64,000 nucleotides of DNA from Basidiobolus meristosporus CBS 931.73. Its lineage: Eukaryota; Fungi; Basidiobolomycota. A program made the position numbers and the translations under genes. Location: NCBI GenBank assembly GCA_002104905.1, contig MCFE01000153.1, positions 62,001-126,000 of the forward strand, read 5' to 3'. How positions within the stretch are numbered: position 1 is the first letter of the stretch; each line of letters begins with the position of its first letter. Below are positions 24,781 to 36,400 of the stretch, one piece after another. The notes below the pieces were generated by a model that was not told where the DNA came from, did not search any database, and was given only the letters and a program-made list of their open reading frames with translations.

Positions 24781-26700
24781 TATCACTTCCAATATCTCCA
24801 AGACTTGCACAACAGGGTATAGGAACTTGTATGGGTCAATGCGGTTGGCAACTGAGGTGTAACTGAAGTTTCAATGGAAATAAATCAATTTGTATGCATG
24901 AGAGTAACAAAAACGGTTGGTTCAGGAAGGAAGGAGTGTGAAAAAGAGGCAATAGCCAATCAATGCACACAAATGTAGGAGGTGATTGAGTGTCTGGGAT
25001 CAGGAATTGAGAAAATTTGCAGAGAACCAATCAAAAGCCTCTTTTGTATTGTTGTGATGAAGATTTTTGACTCAGTTTTTTGTGAAATCTGTGGTGCAAA
25101 TATATCTTGACAGTCTTTGCACAGTATCCTAATGGGATTAATACCTTTTAGTCACAGGACTTCAAGTTTGTGACAGCCTTTTGACAGGATCATTACAATA
25201 GTTCACTTGGGGATTTAGCCTATGCCTATTCAGTTCATATTGATGAACCCCAGCCTGTAAAAGTGGCCCTTTGGTGCATCAACATTTAAGGACTTAGCTA
25301 ATTATACTTAGTTAAAACATGTAGTACCCTAACTGATTTTCCCTAAACCAAAAATAACTGATCCCAGTTATGGTTTAATTGATCACTTCTCAGAATTTAT
25401 TTTTAGCTCTCACACATGATCAATTCTCATGTGGCCATCACAATATCTACTTATATACCAAGCCTTCCCAGGTTATTAGTCATCAGATATCTATTCAAAC
25501 ACTTGGCATTTGCCAAGATATTAGCTGATAAATTATGTAAATTTCACTTATCTCATGCACCTGTCTACACACAAATTGGCTTCCACTAATCCAGTCTCTT
25601 GGTGTTCACTAACTCAGCTAAATCAGAAAAGTATGAAAAATGCTTACTATACCTTTTGGTTTAGTGGGTGTCTCAATGAATTCAAGATTGTGTCTCAGCA
25701 AAAATAAGAATTCAGCAATTCCATTCTAGCTTCTACCCATGCCTGGCATATCTAACACTTTCAAGAGCACCAAGGCTAGTCTGAAGAGCAAACCAACTCT
25801 GTTGCCTTTCTAGCCATACCCAGCTATATATAAGACCAATATTAAACCAGAATCTCTCTGCTAATCTTTGACCACTCTGACAAATCTAAGACACTGCACT
25901 TGGTTGTCCCTTAGGCTCAGTTAAAGCATTCAAGAATTTTGTTACACTTTTCTCTTGAATACAATGGGCCCTATATAGCTCTCAGCCAAAGTCTGGGAGA
26001 TCTGCAATGACTAAGGAATATCAGGCCCAGATGGAAAATTAAATTTGAGACTTGGTCAAATTACAATTGGCCAAAAATTAATTGGATGCAGATGGGTCTA
26101 CAATTCCAAGTACAAGGCTGATGGAACAATCAAGGGATACCACAAAAGACTAGTGGCCAAGGATACCCCCAAACAAAAGGATGAGACTATACTCAGACCT
26201 TTCCACCTGTAGCCAAGTTTAAGGCATCGCAGTAATGTTGGCTAATGCAGCCATATATAAGCTTCTTATACATCAAATGGATGTGAGAACTGCATGTCTG
26301 AATAGAGAACCTGATGAGAATGTGAACATGGATAAGCATGATGGGGTTTTTTGATCAGGATTACCCCCATTGGTCTGCAAGTTTCAGTATCTCTATATGA
26401 TATCAAATAATCACCAAGAGCCTGGATTTAAAAAATAGATTCTTGTTTGGAATCTTTGTATTTTCAAAGGAGTAGTACTGACTATAATATATTCTATATG
26501 TCAGATAGATCAAGTCCAGTTCTACTAGCTTTATAAGAGGACAATCTTATTGTGGCCACCAGTAACCTGGAAGCATTAGAAGAGACAAAGTCCAGCCCAT
26601 TGAAGGTGTTCAAGATGTCCATTCTGGGAAAACTTGGTTACTACTAAAGAATGTTATTGCTAACTAAGGAAGACAAAGATGACCATTCTATATCATTTTT
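24781..26700 (+). mobile_element. Heavily decayed Copia fragment (LTR end, then IN/RT remnants) with an inverted insert at 25271-25966
   Basis: LTR end TCACTTCCAATATCTCCAAGACTTGCACAACA. AYSVHIDEPQ at ~25220 and RT remnants at 26000-26640 match the Copia family at 31500-32200. Confidence 0.65.
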
Positions 26701-29661
26701 GTGGATCTGAATCCCTAAACAGATGTGGCTCAGGTGGGAGCAGGCCATCCCCGCTCAGAGTTGAGCAAAAACCTTTTTTTTGGCCATGTTTTATGTGTTG
26801 CAGTCACAGCAAATGAGGATAATCCCAACCAGGCATTAATAACAAAACTCTAACTTAGAGAGATCATTTCTTTTGCCGCATATAGAGTCTAAATAATGGT
26901 AGTAACTGTTACTGAGCCTAATATGGACATACAGGGAAGTTGTCAAAGTGAATTAGACTGTTGTCCAGAATTACAAAACTCCAGATCTGCTTCAAATATT
27001 TTACTAGTCTTGAAGATATTGGAAGTGATTGGGAGAACAAGTAGATTATGTGGTTTTCACTTAATGACTTAATGAATGTAAAAGTAGTATATTTTCTTTT
27101 ACATGGTCTTGGCATAACAACCATGTAGAATAGGCTTAAGAAGGTCCCAAGAGCATGTGTACAAAGTTTGGGGCTGTTTGAACAATGTTGGGGATTTTCA
27201 TGTTCTGAGTACCTATTTTAAATAAATCCCAACAAGGTATTTGGTCAGTATTCTCTGAGATTTGAAGGTAACAATCTACATGACTAAGTTGGGTGAATAG
27301 CTTTGTGGAATTGCAAATTCTTGCAACACTCCCATGTAACCAAATGCTCATACTGACTAGTCTTAATTTTGACCTAAGATATTCAAACTTGTCTCTAGCT
27401 AATGGTTGGGAAAATATGTCTGCATCATTTCATTGGGAGGACAGTAAGCTACATTAACTATGTTATTCTCTATATCATCACATATAAAATGATGTCTAAT
27501 ATCCATGTGCTTAGTTCTAGCATGAAAAGTTGAATTTCTACCTAATATAGGTCCTTAATTATCTTTAAATAAAGTAAAAGCCATTCTCAACATAAGCCTA
27601 AGTCCTTAAGGAGCTTCCTTAACCACATTGCTTCTTTTGCAGCTTCACGGGCTGCCATATACTCTTCCACTATGGTAGAAAGTGCTATGGTTGGTTACTT
27701 TCTCCAATTCCATGAAATTGCTCCTTTACACTAAAGAAAAATGTTGTTGTAAGAGTCTTGGAGATATTGAAAGTGATTGGGAAAACAAGTAGATTATGTG
27801 GTTTTCACTTAATGATTTATTGAATGTAAAAGTAGTATTTGTACTTTTACCTGGTCTTGGCATAACAAACATGTAGGATAGGTTAAGGAAGGTCCCAAGA
27901 ACATGTGTGCAAAGAATGGGGCTGTTTGGACAACTTTGAGAATTTTTATGTTCTGGGTACCTGGTATTTTGGTGAAAGTTTTCTAAGTAAATCCCAACAA
28001 GGAACTTGGTCAGTATTCTTTAGGATTTGAGGGTAATGATCTAAGTGACTAAGTTAGGTGAATATTTAGGTAGAATTACAAACTTTTACAACAGAATGTT
28101 CATCAAGAAATAGTAAAGCTTTTGCTTCAAGAGGGAGCAATTGTTGTGGTTCTAGCATGGGAAGTTGGATTCCTACCTAACACAATACATCCTTGATTAT
28201 CTTGAAATAAGGTAATAGGCATTTTTTGACATAGACCTAAATCTGTAAGAAGCTTTCTTAACAACATTGCTTCTTTTGTAGCTTCACAGGCTGCCATATA
28301 TTCTGCCTCTTTGGTACAAAGTGCTACAGTTGGTTGCTTTCTTGAATTCCCTGAAATTGCCCCTTTACAGTAAAGAAAGGTGTATCCTGTGGTGCATCTT
28401 CTGTCTTCCAAATTTTGTCCCCAATCAGCATCAGAGTATCCCACAAGATCCTGTTCTGAATCCTTATAGGTGTATCCTAAGCAAATATCAGCAGTTCCTT
28501 TTAGGTATCTAAAGATTTGCTTAACTGCTGTAATATGATCAGATCCATAGTTCTAATTATGTTGGCTGACAACTCCCACTGAATATGAGATATCTGGACG
28601 TGATCCAAGCATGATAAACATCAGACTGCCAATTTTGGACTGATAAGGACAGTCAGGGATTTCAGATGGCACCAAGCTCTCTTGATTTAGTTGAGTTTTG
28701 ACCAAGTCAAGGTTTGTCTCCATTGGAGTAGTTGCTGGTTTACAGTCTTCCATTTAGTACTTCTTAGTATATCTTGAATATACTTGGATTGGCTTAAGGT
28801 AATAGTCTGGGTACTTCTGTCTATGGACAACTTAATCACTAGACTTGTTCTGTTGTGGTAGGGTAAACATACCTCCCACAGACAAGTTTACTCATATAGT
28901 TGTTATGATATACTTATCCATATTTTATCTTATCAGTATTATCCCATACTTCTATTGCCAATATTATCAGTATTATCCCCATATGATGTTTACCCTGATT
29001 AGTTATTAGCATTAGTTATCCCAGATGTTATTCAGCTTTGTGATCAGTATATGTATCTACATAAGGCAAGTACCCGCGTTAGCACCCGTGACACATGACC
29101 TAAGTCTGTGCTACCATCCCTACCATTTCAATACCATATATGGTATTTTTATGTTGCACAGGTTTCAGACTACTGATTCTTGATTGGTTGAGAGTGCTGT
29201 GCCTTTTAGAACCTTCCAGGAGATTCTTGGCATATTTTTAGCTCATAGTGATGTCATCAAGAATTCCACTGATACCTAGAATCTTCTAGAGCCTTGTCAT
29301 TAGTAATCACTTGGCAATCAGGAAAAGTATTTAAGGGAAAGCAACCCCTCATCAATAAATCATCCCTTCTATCAGTAACACTTCTCCCTTATTGATTAGC
29401 AGTTGATCACTGCACCTGCCTTCAACAGTACATCTCAGACCTGCAATCAAGGAGCTTTTCAGGGTAGTGCCCAAGACACACAGAGGCTTTTGGAGACACT
29501 TGGAGCACCTAGGAAGCTAGAGAAGCAGGAGCTTTTACCATAGTGGCATATTGACAAAGACACCAGCAGTTTAAACACAGAGGTTATTGCACCCATCAGA
29601 CACCTCACACACCTTGAGTTGTGTAGCTTCTCCCAGGAGTACCTCTACACCACCACATATT

Positions 29662-29679
29662 TGGCACCCAACGTGGGGC
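29662..29679 (+). promoter_or_regulatory. tRNA-Lys(CUU)-type primer-binding site
   Basis: TGGCACCCAACGTGGGGC differs from the known Lys1,2 PBS TGGCGCCCAACGTGGGGC by a single CG>CA change. It lies 4 nt after the LTR end. Confidence 0.8.
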
Positions 29680-29731
29680 GTTTGACTGAACTGCCCCTAG
29701 AAGACTTAAGAACAAACAAATTATCAAGACC

Positions 29732-30886
29732 ATGGATCTACCTTTACCAGGAATGCAAGGAACCCCTTTCTTTGATGGAACTAAATTCAAAGCTTTCATC
29801 AAGAGGTGGGAGCTTTTCTGCAGAGCCCACAAAATACCTGAGGCCATTATGGCTGAAGAGATGCCCCCTTACAGCACTGATGAGATCATGCTCTCATTAT
29901 ATGAAAGAAATGATGTGCTGACAAATTGGACCCTCTTGAAGAGCTACTTGATTGATGAATATGGAGGGAGACAAGTTGACTACACACTTCAAGACTTGGA
30001 GAACTTTGCTTACAGCAAGTTTAAGCTGCTACCATTGAAAGAATACTTGAGTGGCCTTGAGCAAATTGGAGAATCACTGAAAGCTCAAGGAGTTACCACT
30101 GATCTCACTTTATCTGCCTATCTTCTCAGAGCACTACCAGAAGACCTGGTGAGAAGGATTGAAAACAACCCTACTGTGAAAGCTATGAGTTCACTGCCTG
30201 CATTTCAGTTAGCTAAGCAGATTCTACTTGCCCCTGAAGAAACCTCACCAATCAGAAAGCTTCTTTCAAGCTCAGCACAAAACCAAGATAGCCAAGACTT
30301 TTTTAATCCCAGTAATCAAAGCACTCAAATTCAGGAGCTGACACAGCAACTAGAGAAACTCTCTTTGCTACTTGCCAGCAAAGCATATGGGCAGAAGCCA
30401 GTAGAGAAAGAAGTCATATATACATGCATGTGGTGTGACTCTGCCAGCCATTCCAAGAGAAATTGCCAAGAGCTTCAGTCATTACTATCCACAGGTGATG
30501 TCCTATATAGTCCTCAGGGATATATAGTCAGTAAGCATGGTGACAAATTATCCACAGCATTTGGACAAGGAGGAATGAGAGCTCACTACAAGCAAATCAC
30601 CTCTCACACAAGAAAGGTGCACCTCCATGAAGAAGAAGATCCTGACTACTTTGATCCAGCTGAAGTTCTGAACTTTGACTATGAGGACCCCAGAGAGGCC
30701 CAAGATCATATAGCTTCAATTTATGCATCAAAGAGACACCATCCTATATATAGATTCATATACAGTGGATCTGAGATATGTGTGATGCCTCTGGAGGCTT
30801 GGAAACAACTACCTTGCAAAGACCTATTGCCCATAGATACCAATATCAATTGGAGCATGAAGGATGCCAACTCAGGGCAATCATAG
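29732..30886 (+). pseudogene. Gypsy B gag ORF (384 aa) with CCHC knuckle, running into a deleted protease region
   Basis: PFFDGTKFKAFIKRWE, CMWCDSASHSKRNC knuckle and a YSGSEICVM protease remnant, directly after the PBS. Confidence 0.8.
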
Positions 30887-33440
30887 CTTTTAGGAATTAT
30901 TCACAGCTTCCCACTCATCATTGAAGGAATACCCCATGAGATCCCAGTATTCATTTGTGCAAAGGCTAACTTTGAATTACTTCTTGGAAGACCATGGGAG
31001 GTGAAAGCAAGACAACTGCAGTGAACTACCCAGATGGTTCAGCATGGTATACTATATACTCAGAGAGCCCAGGACTAACAGCAACCTTCTGTGGTGTGGA
31101 CTCAAACAATATCCAATCAATGACATCATGTAGATTTCTATCCCAAGAAAGGACAGGTGGCTTCATTGAGGAAGACTGAGAGAGCACTTTGTTCTCCAAA
31201 CTTACAGTGGTAAGCTAAAAAGTTCCCTTAGTTCTTCTGTGCTCTTACACATCCTGCATAGCATTGATCCACAAAAAAACGTCAAAAAATGGATTTTCTC
31301 CTGCATCATAGGTGAAACACAGGGGCTGCTTTGCATGAAGATGCAGATCCATGTTTCACACTCTGTGGCCAAGTATAGGCTCACTTGGCCTCTCTGGCAC
31401 ACTATGGCATCATTTGGCACTCATGGCTCAATGTGGCACTATCCAACAGAACAAGTCTACCAAGTAGTAACTGAGTTCTCCTAGATTGGACATCTTGAAC
31501 TCCTTAGAAAGGCTGAATTTAGTCTCTTCCAATGTTTCTAAGTTATTGGTGACTATAATAAGATCACCCACACAAGATTCAAAATAAGAATCTATCTTGC
31601 AATTCCCGGCTCTTGGTGATTGTTTGAGACCATATAGTGACTTTTTCAGCTTGCTGACCAAATGGGGGCTATCTTGGCCAATGAACCTATCAGGCTGGTC
31701 CATGTACATGTCCTCATCAAGTTCTCTATGCAAAAATGCGGTTTGCATCCATTTGATGAATAAAAAACTTATATTTTGCTGCAGTAGCCAATATTAATCT
31801 GATGGAGTTAAACTTGGCTACCGGTGCAAAGGTCTCAAGTCCTTTGTTTGAGAGTATCCTTGGCCACAAGCCTTGCTTTGAATCTTTCAATTGTATCATC
31901 AGCCTTGTAATTTGTCCCAAAGACCCATCTACATCCAATTGATTTTTGGTTTATTGGTAATTTGACTAAGTCCCAAGTTTGATTTTCCATCTGGGCCTGA
32001 TATTCCTCAGTCATTGCAGATCTCAAAAACTTTGTCTGAGGGCTATCTAGGGCCTCTTTTACAGTCTGGGGCTCATCAATATGGACTGAATAGGCATAGG
32101 CTAAGTTTGTACCCTCATTGATATAGTAATTTGGGCTATTTCTTGTCCAATTGGATCTCCAGACATTTGATACTGGAATGCTCACTTCTGGGATATTCCT
32201 AGGCACTGATTCTGGTTGAGCCATGGTTGTAGAGTCCTCTGGAGTGAAAACATTTTCTTTGTTTTGCTCTGATTCAATCCTGATAATTGGTGGATTTGAG
32301 ATCCAATATTGTCATCATCTCATGTCATTTTTGGTGAAAACTTTGAACTTTCATCAAACAACACATCCCTGGACTTGATTAGCTTCTTTGCTTTGGTACT
32401 GTAGAGTTAGTATGCTTTACACTCATTGCAGTAGCCCAAAAATATGCATTTTACACTTTTTGGCTCAAATTTTGACTGATTTCTGGTCAGTTTCTTGGCA
32501 TATGCTATATACCCAAGTATTTTCAGATGTTCTACACTTGGTCTGTATCCATACCATGCTTCTAAGGTAGTAGAATCACAAAGTATTCTGTTATAACTCC
32601 TATTTTTAAGACATACAGAAGTGGCAACTGATTCCACCCAACAATCATTGGATAATTTTTGATCATTAATCATAGATCTTGCCATATCAATTATTGATCT
32701 GTTAGCACATTCTGCTACTCCATTTTGCTGTGTGGAGTATGGTACAGTAGTCCCTTGCCTTATCCCATGAATTTTGCAGAAGTGGATGAAGGGTTTTGAG
32801 GTATATTCACCACCATTGTGAGAGCATATTTTCTTGATTTTTTCACCAGTTTCTCTCTCCACCATGTTTTAAGCTCCCCGAACTTAGACAGAGCTTCTTC
32901 CTTTCTCTCCATGAAGTAGACCCATGTGCTTCTTTTACAATCATCAATAAGGGTGATGAAATACTTCATCCCACCTAAGGATAAATTTTGCACAGGTCTG
33001 CACAGATCTATGTGAGTCAGATCTAATTTTTTCTTAGTTTTGATTAACCCAGAGCTCTTGAACGGTTGTCTGGCTTGTTTCCCATATATGCAGGCTTCAC
33101 AGTGCTCCAAATTAACTAGTGGATCAATTTTTACTACAGAAATTAGCTTATCTTTCATCATTTTGCACAAATAATCAATATTGATGCGTCCAAATTTCCA
33201 GTGACAATGTATTGATGTTTCTGCACTCACGTTACTTATATTGGCTTCCAGATATGATGGAATACAAGTCAACTTATACAGTTTCCTATTTCTGATACCC
33301 AAAGCAATATGAGAGCCATTTTGATCAGTGATCTTGCATCCAGAACTGTCAAAGCTGAAACTGAGCCCTTCTGGTGTGGCCTTGCTTACAGATAGTAGGT
33401 TCTTGGCTATTTCTGGTACATAGAATACTTTGTTAAAGGT

Positions 33441-36400
33441 TGTGAGTAGTAAATGCAGTACCCACTCTTTGCCCAAGAGTTCTCCCCAGAGTCCTACCAA
33501 AAGTCCCCCAGTATCCTCCCAATGATTCCCCCATGCACCCTCCCTCCTATCCTACCCTTATCTAGTTAGAACACCTACCATAACAGGAAGGTGTTCACAC
33601 CCCTATTTTATAACACATTGACTATTATCTAAGCCCCCCCCCAAGTGATATATATATGTACCCAATCAAACCAAGACAGAGAGATTTTGGTATGGCATAA
33701 ACACAAGTCTTTATTACCTTGCTACCTTCTATTGGAAGCTATTCTGAACTAAGTGGTACTGACTTGACCTACAAGCTCTCCCACTCACCAAGTACAGTCA
33801 GTAATAACCCACATATTTGGTGCTGTCTCTGCGGAAATAAGCACAAGTGAGGTAATGACTACTACAATCAAACTAAAACATACAAGGAAAGAGAGAGAAA
33901 GCCCTTGAGTGGTTTGATAAGTTTGAGAGAGTTAAGGTTAATGCAGGATGGGACAACAATAAGAAAGTAAGGGAGTTTGCAAGATATATGGATTGGAGGA
34001 TGCAGTTAAAGACAACTGGGATGCACTAGAAGAAGCCTACGAGGCACGCTTTCTATATGCCAAAGGATACCACTACAAAGCCCTTCTACTGTCCTCATGG
34101 AAGAAAATCAGAGAGAGCTATGAAGCCTACACTGAACTGTTTCTCCAACAAGTTTGATGTCTCCTAAAGGACAAAATTGCCAAACAACAGCTCATATGGT
34201 ATTACATCATGGGCTTAGACAACAAAATAAGACGTAGAGCATCAAAAGAACAACAGGGATGTAAAACACTGCAAGAGCTTATTGAACAAGTACAAGGGGC
34301 CATCTTGCCATGGGGGCTACCCTATAGTGATCCAAATGATTGAAGGACAGGTATCCCCTGTAAGAAAGGAAAAATTGCCTCCCTGAAAGACCGTGAGTTA
34401 GAGGAGTTACAGCAAAAGGTCCAAGAACTCTTGATCAACAATGTCCAAGAAGCCCCAAAGAAGGTGATAAACTCTGGGTAGCTGTTGTAGATCTAAAGGC
34501 CCAGGTACAAGCCCTGACCCAACAGATGGAACAACCACGACAACAGTATCTGTGTTATGTGTGTGGAGAAGTAGGTCACCGGGCCCACAAATGTGAAAAA
34601 TGGTATGGATGAGAAGCTGTACTGGACACATAAGAGAAGAAGGCATCAAAAGACAGAGTCCCTTGCCAGGAGGCCAACAGGACTCAGTCAATCTAAGCTC
34701 TCTGGTCAGGACAGTCAAAGTGCGGAAGAAGAAGCGTCAACATAATTCTTCTAGAGAGGAGGCAAAGGAACCTGTAGTAGAGGTTCTGTCAAAAGGAAAG
34801 AGCACAGAATTAGGTGAAGAAGTACGGAATGAGCCTTGGGAAGAAGTGTTAAAGCAAACAAAGAATGCTAGCATGTCTTCCCATGGCCTATTCCCCATAA
34901 TGAAGGTACTAGAGCAAACCAAGGAAACCCTCCCAATAACCAATTTACTGGGACTTGCCCCGGCTCTAGTCAAGGAACTGATAGAGGGATTGAAGGAGAT
35001 AATAATCCTTCATGTCATCCAGATGGACCTGCAAAAACCAAATAAAGGTACATACTTAAAGGTACGTATAGAGAATAAGGAGATTCTTGCCCTTATTGAC
35101 ACAGGATCCTCTACGTTGATCATGTCAGAGTCATTAGCAAAACGTCTAAAATTAGACATAGTCCCCAACAACACCATTCAAGTACGGCTAGCAAATGACC
35201 AACTGGACACAATAGTAGGCATGGTGCCTAATTGCCCCATCCAGCTAGGCAACTTGATAATACACCAAGATGTCATGGTTCTACCTGTTGCAGCCAACAA
35301 CTTACTCATTGGCAAGAGTTGGTTTATCCAACATAAGATGGATATACTTTACAGTGCATCTAAACTCAGGTGGGATACCAAGAGTATCCCACTGATTTAT
35401 ATCACCAATGAGAGCAAGGTGCGTAGCAACAGTGTGATGATCAAAGAGGTGAAACCATTGCAGTCTCCAATCATCACACAAAATGTGATAAAAATACCAC
35501 CTACTAGTAAACGGTGATCTCATTAGAGACACCAATAGCTTATTCAACAAGCGGAAGAATGATAACCACAGCAAAGGCATCCCAGCAACTGGAAGGAATC
35601 TCAATCCCTAAGGTATGGTTTCCACCAAAATTTGAAACGCAAAGTGTGAGGTGCTTAGTGGTCAACAACAAGTGACACATGGTGACATTGCCTAGAGGAG
35701 TGTCATTGTTAAACCTAGAGGAAGTTGATGGAATCAACCAAGGACCACCTACAAACACGGAACCAGAAGAATAACTCCCTAAACTAGATGTGGACCCTGG
35801 TCTACCGCCTATGTTATGAGACAAGTTCCTAGAAGGAATACGCCCACTTGCCCAAGTATTCTCTAAGAACTAAGTAATTAGTCATATACCTGGGGTATAT
35901 CACCAAATCCACCTTACCAACAAATACCCCATCAAGCAAAAAGCCTATAGGAACTTGGAAATTGACATGGACTATATCAAAGAGATGATTGAAACTTTAT
36001 TGAAAGACAACAGCTTTACAGAGAGCCAGTCTTTGTGGGCCTCCCCCATAGTGATAGTCCCAAAGAAAGAGAGAAAGCAACGCTTTTGCATTGACTACCA
36101 AAAATTGAACGCCATCACCCAGAAGGATGTGTATCCACAACTGCAAATAGACAACCTGTTGGACAGATTAATTGGAGCTAAATATTTTAGTTCTCTTGAC
36201 TTAATCTCTGGGTATTGGCAAGTAGAAGTAACCCCGGAAGATTGACCCAAAGCCACTTTTATATCACTGTTTGGATTATACAAATGGAACCAACTACCCT
36301 TTGGCTTGTGCAATGCCCCCGCTGTGTTCCAATAGATGATTGACAAAGTGATAGGAAATCTATAATGGGAATGTGCTCTTGTGTATCTGGACAACATCAC

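Larger units (their letters stand above)
28854..31200 (+). mobile_element. 5' part of Gypsy element B (LTR 28854-29657, PBS, gag, partial protease), 3'-truncated
   Basis: The LTR runs TGTGGT...ACCACA and is related to the Gypsy D LTR. A PBS and a gag ORF follow. Confidence 0.85.
28840..31458. mobile_element. TAGACTTGTT-family foldback element inserted in the Copia E2 RT, itself interrupted by Gypsy B
   Basis: Left terminus TAGACTTGTTCTGT (28840-28853). The right arm ~31236-31458 aligns with 21050-21272 and ends CAACAGAACAAGTCTA. The Copia RT sequence rejoins across it. Confidence 0.8.

Noticed and set aside
26720-26780. tRNA or tRNA-derived SINE (A-box-like TGGCTCAGGTGG)
   Set aside because: There is no convincing B-box or cloverleaf.
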